DNA from: Podarcis gaigeae
Lineage: Eukaryota
NCBI GenBank assembly: GCA_964106915.2
Contig: OZ066916.1
DNA length: 64,000 nt
Reading direction: 5' to 3' (one strand)
Of this stretch, positions 53,237 to 64,000 are shown one piece after another. Each line of letters starts with the position of its first letter. Position 1 is the first letter of the stretch. The notes below the pieces were generated by a model, which was given only the letters and a program-made list of their open reading frames with translations, had not been told where the DNA came from and searched no databases. The translations under genes were made by a program, and so were the position numbers.

Positions 53237-55259
53237 CGGTCCTGGAGGTTTTGCTGAACATGATAAGGAAAGACCAGCTGGTTAAAGGGGTTCAGGTCGG
53301 AGCGAAACAATATAAATTGAGAGCATTTGCAGATGACTTGGTACTTACACTACAAGAGCCAGAATCTAGCACGAAAAGGGTTTTGGAATTAATTCAAGAG
53401 TTTGGTCAAGTGGCAGGATTTAAATTAAATAAATTAAAGACTAAGGTATTAGAGAAGACTCTAACAGTAAGAGAGAAGGAGAGGTTTCAGAATGAAACAG
53501 GTCTAACGGTGGTTAAAAGTGTAAAATATTTGGGGATTAATATGACAGCTAAAAATATGAACTTATTTAAAGACAATTATGAGAAATGTTGGAATCAAGT
53601 GAAAAAAGATTTAGAAATTTGGTCAAACTTGAAGCTTTCTTTGTCTGGTCGAATAGCAGCTATTAAGATGAATGTACTGCCTAGGATGTTATTTTTGTTC
53701 CAAACACTGCAAATTGTTGATAAGATGGGGTGTTTTAAGGGATGGCAGCGAGATATTTCTAAATTTATCTGGTAGGGCAAAAAACCCAGAATAAAATTTA
53801 AGATTTTAACTGATGCAAAGGAAAGGGGGGGATTTGCCCTGCCAGACTTGAAACTTTACTATGAATCAGCAGCTTTCTGCTGGTTGAAGGATTGGCTGCT
53901 TCTTAAGAACACGGACATTTTAGATTTGGAAGGTTTTAATAACTTTTTTGGGTGGCATGCATATTTGTGGTATGACAAAGTTAAGGTTCATAAAGGCTTT
54001 AAAAATCATATTGTCAGGAAAGCACTGTATAATGTTTGGATCAGATATAAAGACCTACTGGAGAATAAAACTCCAAGGTGGCTTTCACCAATGGAGGCAA
54101 AAGCTGTGAAAAAACTTAATATGGAGTGTATATAGCCGAAATATTGGGAAATTCTAGAACAGGAGGGTACTAATTTAAAACTGCAGAGTTTTGAGAAATT
54201 AAAGGATAAAGTGCGAGATTGGCTTCACCACTACCAAATATTGGAGGTTTACAAGCTGGATAGGAAAATTGGTTTCCAGGTGGAGAAATCAAAATTGGAA
54301 ACAGAATTGTTAGAATCCAATACTAAGAATTTGTCAAAAATGTATAACTTGCTGTTGAAATGGAATACGCAAGATGAAACGGTGAAATCAGCTATGATTA
54401 AGTGGGCGCAAGATATTGGTCATAACATTATGTTTGCTGACTGGGAAAGGTTGTGGACCACCGGCATGAAATTTACGGCATGTAATGCCTTGAGAGAGAA
54501 TATTATGAAAATGATCTATAGGTGGTACATGACCCCAGTCAAGCTTGCAAAAATCTACCACTTGCCAGATAATAAATGTTGGAAATGTAACGAAAATGAA
54601 GGCGCATTCTTTCACCTCTGGTGGACGTGCCCAAGGATTAAGGCTTTCTGGGAAATGATATATAATGAAATGAAAAAGATGTTTAAATACACTTTCTTGA
54701 AGAAACCAGAGGCCTTTCTCCTGGGTATGGTCAGCCATGTGGTGTTAAAGAAAGACAGAACTTTGTTTTTGTATGCCACAACAGCAGCAAGGATTCTTAT
54801 CGCAAAGTATTGGAAGACATCAGATTTACCCACCCTGGAAGAATGGCAGATGAAAATGACAGACTATATGGGACTCGCAGAGATGACGGGCAGAATCCGA
54901 GACCAGGAGAAAGAGACAGTGGAAGAAGATTGGAAGAAATTTAAGGACTATCTTAACAAATACTATAAGATTAAGGAATGTTAGATTGACATGGACTTAA
55001 AAACAATGTGGTTTTCAGAGACATTAAGTAAGAAAAGGAATGGAATTTAAAAAAAAAAATGGGGGAAATAAGGGAATGGATTTGCTGATGGGATAATGAA
55101 ACTAGAATACAAAACGGTGAGGTATGAGGAAGTCAGGGAAATTAGGTTGAGGAAATAAGTTTCGAAATTATACTTGTTGTTTTTTGTTTGTGTTTGTTCT
55201 TATTGTTGTTGTTTGTATTTGTATGTTTTAATTGGAAAATTCAATAAATATTATTATAA

Positions 55260-55304
<45 letters not shown>
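53237..55304 (+). mobile_element. 5'-truncated L1 LINE (ORF2 RT C-terminus, CCHC domain, 3' UTR, (TAA)n tail)
   Basis: ORFs 53251, 53848 and 54211 share one frame broken by two TAG stops (53773, 54133); motifs LRAFADD, KYLGI, GRIAAIKMNVLPRMLFLFQ, CWKC...HLWWTC; TSD AATAATGCATACTAGG (53221-53236, 55305-55320). Confidence 0.95.
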
Positions 55305-55311
<7 letters not shown>

Positions 55312-56731
55312 CATACTAGGAAGGCCTAGTTCTCATGTGGATGGAGTTTATTTCCCTTTTTGGCAAGTTGTGTGCTAAATGGTATCAAAGTGCACTTCTG
55401 TGAACCTTTGAGTGAACATTTATGTACATGTAAAGAATCTTGCTGCACATAGATACAATACAGTACCTCATGGCTCAGTTCGGAGTTCAAGGAATGGGAT
55501 GGTGGTGGGCTTCATCCACTCCTCCCCTCCCTTCTGTCACACATTATAGATTGTTTATTTATTTATTTGGCGTCTTTATAGAAGATCCCAGGGCAAGGGG
55601 GTGCACTACACAAATTACAAACTGCATGTTACTTAAATAGACTGAGAACCATATAAGCTATACATCATTTTGTTAATAATAGCAACAAAGGTATGTCAAG
55701 ACTACAAAACCAATAAACAGCAGAGCAGGCTGTTTACTCTGTCAGCAAAAACTTTTTAATTTCCTATAAATGCCAGAGAAAACAAATCAGTTTTCACTTG
55801 GTAAAAAAAAAAAAGGTTCCAATGCCAAGCCTTTGAGTGGGAGTAGGATACCACCACAGAGATGGCTGTTTCCATGCATCACTGAATAATGTACTTCCCC
55901 CAAGGGTGGAATGCAGAGAAGAGCCTCCTCTGAGGATCTTAGGAAATGGACAGGCTGGTACAAGGAAAGGTGCCGTCAGGTAATTAACCTCCAGGTATAG
56001 CTCAATATCAGCACTTTTTGTTTACTCCAGAAGTGCATAAGTAGCTCATGTAAATCCTTCAGATTCAGTAGCCTTGAATCCATTTCCTTGAACCAGCTAA
56101 CGATCTGGCAGCTGATTAGAAGCTTCTGCCTCTAGTTTATGGGAAACACTAATTTGCTGTTTTGTATGATTGCAGCCAACTATGGTTTGTGACGCTCAGT
56201 TTGCCCACAAACTAGGATTATAAACCACAACAAATTAGTTTTGATAAGCTATAGTTGGCTACATTCAAACAAAACAGCAAACTGGGCTTCGCTTGCAAAT
56301 CTCTTATTTAGACAGGTCTTTTATTTGATTTTGTTGCTACTGCTTTTTTATTTAGTTTTATTTAGTTGCTGTTTTTATCTGCTCTTTTTTGTATTTTATT
56401 TTAATAATGTTGTTTATATTGTTGTCATCTTGGGCACCATGCAGAAGGGATGGCATATTAATCTGAATTGAATGGATGGATACATAAATACATATGAACT
56501 TGGTGGACCTTGATTCTGATTAAACATGTGTAGAATGAGACCATAACAGTGATCTGGATACATAAAATATAGATATAGAAATATATATGGATATAGAAAT
56601 ACATATTTCTATATATTTTACTTGAGTTGTAGATCTTCCAGTTTAATATATTTGTTGATGTTCCATGCAACTCTGTATTACAGCCTTTCTTAGTACAGCC
56701 TTGATGTTTTTGTACTTGATGACACAACAGT

Positions 56732-56734
<3 letters not shown>

Positions 56735-56774
<40 letters not shown>
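56735..56774. repeat. (CT)n microsatellite followed by poly-C
   Basis: Direct observation. Confidence 0.95.
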
Positions 56775-56777
<3 letters not shown>

Positions 56778-57483
56778 CCCCCCCCCAAACTTGTTAAACG
56801 AGTGAGTGGTGGAGTTTCTGTATCCTGTTTTATTGAAAGGAAAATCAAATTACCTTACTTTGCAACAGAACACTACTGAAGGTGTTCCTGAAAAACTCGA
56901 TTTTAACCACGATATCTGGGGCATACAAAGTTAGATACATGTTTCATTCAGTTTTATTGCTATTTTTTGTTTTACTCTGTCAGAATGGATGAATGCTTTC
57001 TGATGTGGTGTGCATTTTTCTCTCTCTACCCATAACAGGAAAAAAGGAAATGGAAAAAAAAAGTTATCTTTCCAAATCTAGGCTTGCGTAGGGTGGATTT
57101 AAACCTCAGCAGTTCTATTCATACACAACTTTCCTTATATTCAGCCTGGCAGCTAGTATATAGAAAGAACATGAATTTTGCTACCTATCATTTTCTTTAA
57201 CTCTGACTTTTATAATCACAGACTTGCAAAAGACCCACTGGTTTCTGTAGTCATACCCTTTCCTACCTAGGACAGCATATCCTGTAAAACAGGGGTGGCT
57301 AAACATTATAAAGCAGCACTTCCATTCCTCCCCATTCCAGTGCTGCAGTGGGTGGGGGTGTGGCTAGGAGTGCTCCCTTTCACTTTACACACAGATCGTT
57401 CTGGGGAAAGTAAAGGGCAGCATTTTCTCCCAACCTCACTCCTGCAAATGAGTGTAGGGTGTGGGTGGTAATGCTACGTTTTA

Positions 57484-57697
57484 CAGTAGGCCCACAACTT
57501 AACATGGGGCACCATTCTAGGGATCATGCCTAAAGCCAAAATCACATATAGTCAAAACCCATTTGGTACAATGGCAGGTGGGATCACTAAAATAATTTTT
57601 TTCCTGGAACCCCACCCCCTTTTAATTTTCTTTTATTTGCCACATGCATAAAGCTGAATGTGCACAAGTTAAATGCATGCAAGTTGTGGGCCTATTG
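57484..57697 (+). mobile_element. Tigger-like MITE family B, complete copy
   Basis: TA TSD; 17-bp TIR CAGTAGGCCCACAACTT / AAGTTGTGGGCCTATTG (1 mismatch). Confidence 0.85.
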
Positions 57698-58360
57698 TAC
57701 TTGTAAATAGCAGTCAGAGGATCTTATCTTTGATCTTAGCACTGTGGTTCATAGCACTAAGACTGGAGATAAAGGATCCCCCTGTCTACTATATAAAGAG
57801 GATAAAAAAAGATCTCCATTAGCAGGCAGAGCACTTTTTTCAATCAGACTGTGGGAGTTGGCATGTCAGTTCCCATCAACCCTGACTGTAGGCCAGGCTT
57901 GCTGGAGCTGTTGGGAGTCAAACAATCTCTGGAGGAGCACAAGCTGCCCACCCTTGTAATAGTTCATTAACCATAACTGAAGTTTTATTAAATGCATATT
58001 AAATGGAATTATGATGTTTTGTTTCCTTTTTGCTCCTCTGCTCTTTTCTACTCTTTCTGTCCTAATAATGTTAAAGAAATACTTTGTTACAAAGAGCCTT
58101 TTTCCCTTTTATAAAATTAAAGCTAGAAATGATTTGTTCTGTTAAAAATGAATTAAGAATATTGAGATGTGTACACCAGTATCCCTGCCTTGTTTTCCAG
58201 ACATTTGTATCACTGCTTGGTATCTCTCAGATGGTTCTGTTCTTCAGAAAATGAGAATGGCCGCATACCTCTTCGGTTGGAGGGGGTGCACCTCTGTTGC
58301 TTTCTTTTCACACTCATAGTTAAGTATGTGAAAGCTAATGTGCTATTTCCCTCCTTGTAG

Positions 58361-58707
58361 GTGTGGATGAGCATTCCCTTGACAGCTCTCCAGTACCAGA
58401 TGACAGATCAGCACTTTATTCTGGAGTTCACAAGAAGCAACTTTACTCAGATAGCTCTACTGAGAAACAGCCAGATGAGGACTCTGACTCACTCACCACA
58501 TCTCCTTCATCGAGCAGCCTAGATACTTGGGGTACTAACAGGAAATTGCTCAAGACCTTCAGTAAATCTGAAAGCCGTGGCCTTATCAAACCCCCCAAGA
58601 AACTTGGAACATTTTTCTCCTACCCAGAAGAGGAGAAGACTCCAAAGGTTTGCCGCTCCTTGACTGATGGAGAGATGAAGAAGAACCTTGGTTCTCTGAG
58701 CCACGGG
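58361..58707 (+). CDS. SASH1: SASH1 coding exon (~exon 10), (G)[10 protein letters not shown]...[17 protein letters not shown]...[12 protein letters not shown]
   Basis: ctccttgtag acceptor, GGG|gtaagt donor, 347 nt, phase 1/0; N-terminal part of ORF 58363..59292 matches recalled human SASH1. Confidence 0.96.
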
Positions 58708-59202
58708 GTAAGTAAAGAAAGCGTTTGCTTTTATGACAACAGGCGCAAGCACCATGTCTTGGTATCCTTTGAGGAAATCCAGAGTGTCAGGAAGCAGATC
58801 CGACTGAAAAAGACAGATTCTAACTACTCGTGTTCTAGAGCTTTTCTTTGCCAGCGCCCTGCTAGGAAATACATATCACCCTCAATTTGTGACCTGCAGC
58901 TGCTTCGTCACAAAGCCAAGGGGGTAGGAGGAGGAGGAGGCTGTGGCTTCCCAAACAGAAGGCTTCGAGGGCGCAACTCTGTCAGCGAGTTCAATATCAC
59001 GTATGTGGTAGAAAGAAGTCTCTACAGTCACCTGAACCTGTCACATCTGGTGCGGCCCGTTACTGACAGGACACTGAGCAAAGCTGAAGAGCAGGATTTG
59101 AGGCGATGTCTGCTGGAAGAAGAGGATGAGGCAAAGAGAAAGTGGGCTGCCACAATGGACCGCTGTACTAAAAGGGTTCTTTTGAGAATCCACCAAAAGT
59201 CT
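58708..59202 (+). CDS. SASH1: Putative in-frame extension of SASH1 exon 10 (alternative 5' splice site), 165 aa VSKESVCFY...RIHQKS
   Basis: Frame stays open past the canonical donor; second donor TCT|gtgagt at 59203 is phase 0 like the canonical one; 495 nt = 165 codons. Confidence 0.65.
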
Positions 59203-62200
59203 GTGAGTCCAAGAGTTATCACTGACGGAGGCCTTCTGGCTCCCATGAGGTTGCAGTCAGCATGGCGTGTTTTCCTCCACCATAACATCTGAAATGCATA
59301 GTTCATTGGCCTTCTCTTCTCTTCTCCTCCGCTCCTCAATTATTTGCCAACAGGATGTTCTAATAAGTGTTTGGACAGAGTGTCCTGGTCCCCAGTGTCC
59401 AAACTGGCAAAATATTAAGGGGAAACACATTGCCCTTATGATTCAGGATGACTAAAGGCAAGAAAAGCACTTTTTTGGTGCAGAAACACAGGTTTGCATT
59501 GAAAAGTAATAATAATGAAGCTATAGCATTCTTTAGCAGAAATGATAAAACTGCAACTTCACTCAGCTATATTCCTCCTTATCCGTATAACTTTTTACAA
59601 ACACGCTACCCCCACTTTTGAGTACTCAGGTTTTTTGATGTCCTTGGATAATGGAGGTTAGTTAGTTGTTTTCAGGGTATTTATACCCCAACCTTCCACA
59701 ATAAAAGCATCAGAGCAGTTTGCAAAATTTAAAGAATAATAAAAGGACAGTAAAAATATCAGGTGATCCTGCAGAACATTGAAAGCAGTGGTGGGCTGCA
59801 GGTGTTATTTGGCCTTTGGGTCCATCTTCCCCAAGCCATACTCATCTGCCTTACATCTGACGTCATATATGAGATCAGATATGAGGCAGGGAAAGATGTG
59901 ACTTCATGCCAAAAGCATGGTTTGCAGGTCCTGCTGGTGGGCAGTGTTTGAGAGGTGATTGACAAGGAGGCAGCCCCACCCCATGTCAAAATGGCCCACT
60001 GAGCTTGGGGGACTTTAGGATCTGTCCCACCAGCCAGATTCCCCACACCTGATTTAAAAGAAGGAATATACAATGGATCTTTAGAATATGTGACCATATT
60101 GTTCCTTTTAAGCTGTCAAAGCACAGCACCTCCTCAGTGTTCCTACCAGAGGCTACGAAAGAAATATGTCTAAAAGTATTACCCATTGTGTGGCCCAATG
60201 TGCCTCTTCAAAAAAGAAAAAAATAGCCTTACCCTGTGGGAGGCAGAAGTGGGTATAGTGGCAGTAAAGGTGAGGAGGGAAAGTTCACGCAGTGTGTATT
60301 CAGCAAGCCTGTCCTTTCCCAAGACAGTCAAACTTTTTTTATGCCTGTTGTCAGAGAGGTCCATTGTGCGATGACTGTACAACCACCAAGAACATGTGGG
60401 AGTGGCAGAGATAGGAAGGGAAGCATCTTCATGCATCCCTTCTCATGAAGGTGATTATCATTAAAACTGGTTCTACATGTCTCATGAAAACAGGATTGCA
60501 TTAATCCTCCCTAACCAGGAGGGGAATGGAAGTTCTACATAGGTATGGTTAGGGCAAATGTGCCACGTTGTCAACCTTCAAAAATATCCTATGCCAGTAT
60601 GTTATTTATTTTATTCCTACTGATCACTTACACTGTGCAAGTGCTGTACAGTTCCTTAACTCACTTACAGTGTAGCCCTAAACAGTTTCCTTACAACATA
60701 GTTGCATTGTGTTCAATGAGGCTTAATGCTTTAAGATTACAGCCAAATTCCTACAACTGCCTGTAAGTGGGGCAGTTTTATTTCAGTTTCCTAGCTAGGA
60801 AACTGATGTTGAGAGCTAATATATTTCCAAAGAACAATGAACAAGCCCATGGCCGAATGGCATTTTGAACCAGGATCTCCCAAGGCAAGGCAATCACATC
60901 AGCTGGTTCTCAGAAGCTCTCCTGTTTCTTGGATGCTGAGGAAAGAACAGATCATCTGTCCTAGTTTTCTACAGCTGTAAGATTGTTTTCTTTGTAGGAG
61001 GGAAGGGAGGCACATTTGTTAATAGATTCATTAGACCTAGAGGAGATTTCAGTGGAAACTATTACACAGCATAACACAATGAGAGGTTTAATTGACTTTT
61101 TGTTAGTTAATTTTTAAGGGTGTGACTTTGGCAGACAAAAGAAGAACATAATCTTTCCTGCTGTTTTTTAGCCAGCTTTGTGCCTGCATTTGGCTAGTGG
61201 CCATTTTGAGGATATGTTAATTTCTGGCTAGGACAGATTTTTTCTCCCAGTTGTGTCATACATAAGTAGTTGATTCTGGCCTTCTTTGTAATGTACTTCA
61301 CTAAAATTAGTACTCTCAAGTGATCTTACTTATGGGGAGCCAGAAGAAGGGGGGAAAGCATTTCAGAAGGTGGCACACAAGATATTTTAGCTTGATATAT
61401 AAATAGGCAGCATAGCTTTCATATTCCTTATAAAGAAACTGAAATGTCCCATAAATTATTCTGTTGTCAATACAATGGCCATTTCATATAGCTTGTGGTT
61501 TTTGTAGCAAGGAGCCCAATATCCTTATGTGACTGTGATATGTTTACCCTGTTCTATAGGAGAGAAAGATATTTATTTCCTTTTATTTTATTCAGATAGA
61601 CCCTTTAATTAACTACATCCTGTGGCTTTCTTCCTTTCAAAAGAAAGGCAAAAATTAAACTGAGTGTGAACTTTAAGCACCTCTTCTTCTAAGATCATAA
61701 TTCATGCTTACTGCAGCCTCAGGGAATTATGGAAGCCTCTTGTTCAGTATGATGAGTTATTTGTCTTGTATTCACATTTATTTTTGGCATCTAAATTTGT
61801 TTTGGTGGCCCAGGCATGCATAGAACCTTTTGAACATGCACCAATCTGTTTTTGATCGCATGACCATTCCATTGACTAGCCTACAGCCTTTTATCCACAG
61901 ACTTTGTTTGGCATGTATCTCATAAAATTATTGGAAGTTATTAAATACATATATTTCAAGGCAAATTGTGTTATGACTTTATAGCAGCACTGCTAGAATC
62001 CTGAAGAGAATACTGGCACTACTTTCAGTTACATGTTACATTCCAGCATTGTCAAAAATAATCCTTTGGCTATAATTTTCTCTGTATAATGCTAGATATC
62101 ACATGTGCTAGAACTGTGGCTTCTGGGGTGATATGTGCACACCTCTTGCACATGCATACCAGTTTTGCCTGAAAACTGATCTCTGCATTTGATATTTAAG

Positions 62201-63533
62201 GATTTCAGAATTTTTTCTGACCAGCTGTTTTTGTTTCTTGCTTTTTGAGAAAGTAAGCTTAGTTCTTGACTTTTGTTATTAAGCTGATGCTGGCTTTTGA
62301 ATTTCCTTAACGGAAGTGCTTCAACGAGCTCACCAACAAAGCCTTAATTGAGAAAGAATAGAATATATGTCTCTTAGTACAGATTTGCAAATACAGCTTA
62401 CTAGTCAACTTGCAAGTTGGTAACCACCTCAATAATTAATTTTAAAGGGAGAGATATTTCCTATAAAGCATTAGTTGTGTGACACATTAGTGCCATAAAG
62501 AATGATGGTTTATCTAGAAAGTTTTATAGTTTCCGTAAGATCAGAGAGACATTGGATCAAGGCATAGGGATGAAAGACTGGTTTACTTCTAGAGAAGGTA
62601 AAAATTCTGCTTGTAGACCTGAAAGGGAGCTGTGCATCCCTAGGGAGTTTAAAGGAACCAGCACTTTTCAAGTACTGCATGAGATACAGATGAGGACCAT
62701 GAGGAAGAGCCCCTTTTTCCTACCTTGCTTTGAAAATGCGACTTTGCTTAGTGTGCTTTTTAGCATTTGGAAGAAAGGTGGTGTCATAATGCTGACGTGT
62801 TTAGGCCGTCAGAACCTTTATAACCGGCATCAGTGTTTTTGGCTTGGGCTGATGTTCTGAGAGTGACTCATTCCACTCGTCTCATTCCACTAAGTTGTGC
62901 CACTGTAAATATAACCTACTTTCTCTCGTAGCAGTAACAAAGCTCCTTTGTACCATGAAGGACTTGGTAACAAATGCAGAGCCAATGCTTTCCAAGAATG
63001 AAACTCCTATTAATATATATCCCTTGGAAGCTTAGACATTTGGTCATTTTAAGTAAGGTACTGTGGATCTATTTGAGAGTTCTCTTGGCCCAATCACATT
63101 TGAGTAGATTTTCAGGATTTTTAGTTGCTTGTCCACTTCCAAAATTTATTAAATACTGAATAGGTTTGGGTCAAAAGGCTTTTTGTTATTACTTTGCACC
63201 CCACTGACAAAGAGTTTGTGAGATTTAAGTTGGTTATGTAATACGATTTCTTAAATACTGTTTTGTGGGGCAACCTGAGCTAGGGAGTGTGAATAAACAA
63301 CAATATGCTGAAAACCCAGAGGCTTTACAATGGAAAGCAAAAGGCCAGAGAGTTATCATGATGCATGAATGTAATGATAGAGTCTTTTTAATTTCTCATC
63401 ATGTTTTGCTTGTTACCATTATTTGTACAATTGGATGGTTTCTCATGTGTCTTCTATACCTCACAAAACGTTTATTTCTTCATACTGAATTTAATTGTAA
63501 TGCATTAAGCCACAAATTTGTCTTGTGTCACAG

Positions 63534-63605
63534 AGAACCTGCAGCTTTGGTGGCTTTGACTTGACAAATCGCTCACTGCACATTGGAAACAATTTGGATC
63601 AGATG
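63534..63605 (+). CDS. SASH1: SASH1 coding exon (~exon 11), [24 protein letters not shown]
   Basis: tcttgtgtcacag acceptor, ATG|gtgagt donor, 72 nt, phase 0/0; contains the SLy-family RxxSF motif. Confidence 0.95.
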
Positions 63606-64000
63606 GTGAGTATGAGCTAGAGGTCCGCATCTGCCTGACGCGTCTTACTCTTTTTAATAATGAAGCACAATGGTGGGATTTATAATGGAGTTTAAAATGT
63701 GTGGCAACTGCCACAATCGTAGCTCTAAAAACTATCAATGCCACCAACAAATCTAGTTCCTCAGACTTGTTTTGATGCATACTGCCGTACAAGCCAAGTA
63801 TTGAGAGCTGCTTTATACCATACAGAAAATGTTAAGCATTTGGTACATTATGATATCAGTTAAGAATGTTAGGTTCAATAGTCAACTTCAATGGAAAAAA
63901 ATGAATCGGCAAAAGTGTGTATAATAGAAGTACACGCTGATTGCAAATGCTTACGGATTTGATTCAATATTGAGATGCAATATTGCCTGTCAAGGTAATT

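Overview
Eukaryotic genomic DNA from a squamate reptile, most likely a lacertid lizard (inferred from the repeat families). The whole window lies inside the SASH1 gene (SAM and SH3 domain-containing 1) on the + strand. Nine internal coding exons, matching what I recall as human exons 3-11, splice with canonical AG/GT sites and consistent phases into a continuous frame from EKPDASSTSLQLRSQIE to [24 protein letters not shown]. The introns hold hAT and Tc1/mariner (Tigger-like) MITEs, Squam3-like SINEs, a young 5'-truncated L1, RTE/BovB, CR1 and L2 fragments, and microsatellites. Most notable: (1) a 226-bp Penelope-like fold-back insertion at 10020-10245 carrying two inverted minimal hammerhead-ribozyme motifs in a perfect 79-bp hairpin; (2) an open frame running 495 nt past the exon-10 donor to a second in-phase donor, predicting a 165-aa SASH1 insertion and possibly a short isoform from a strong-Kozak ATG; (3) two extended CTCF-like sites and a forkhead/ETS motif cluster; (4) a CpG-rich MITE built from tandem palindromes just downstream of exon 6. 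Exon numbering and family names come from recalled sequences, not from database searches.
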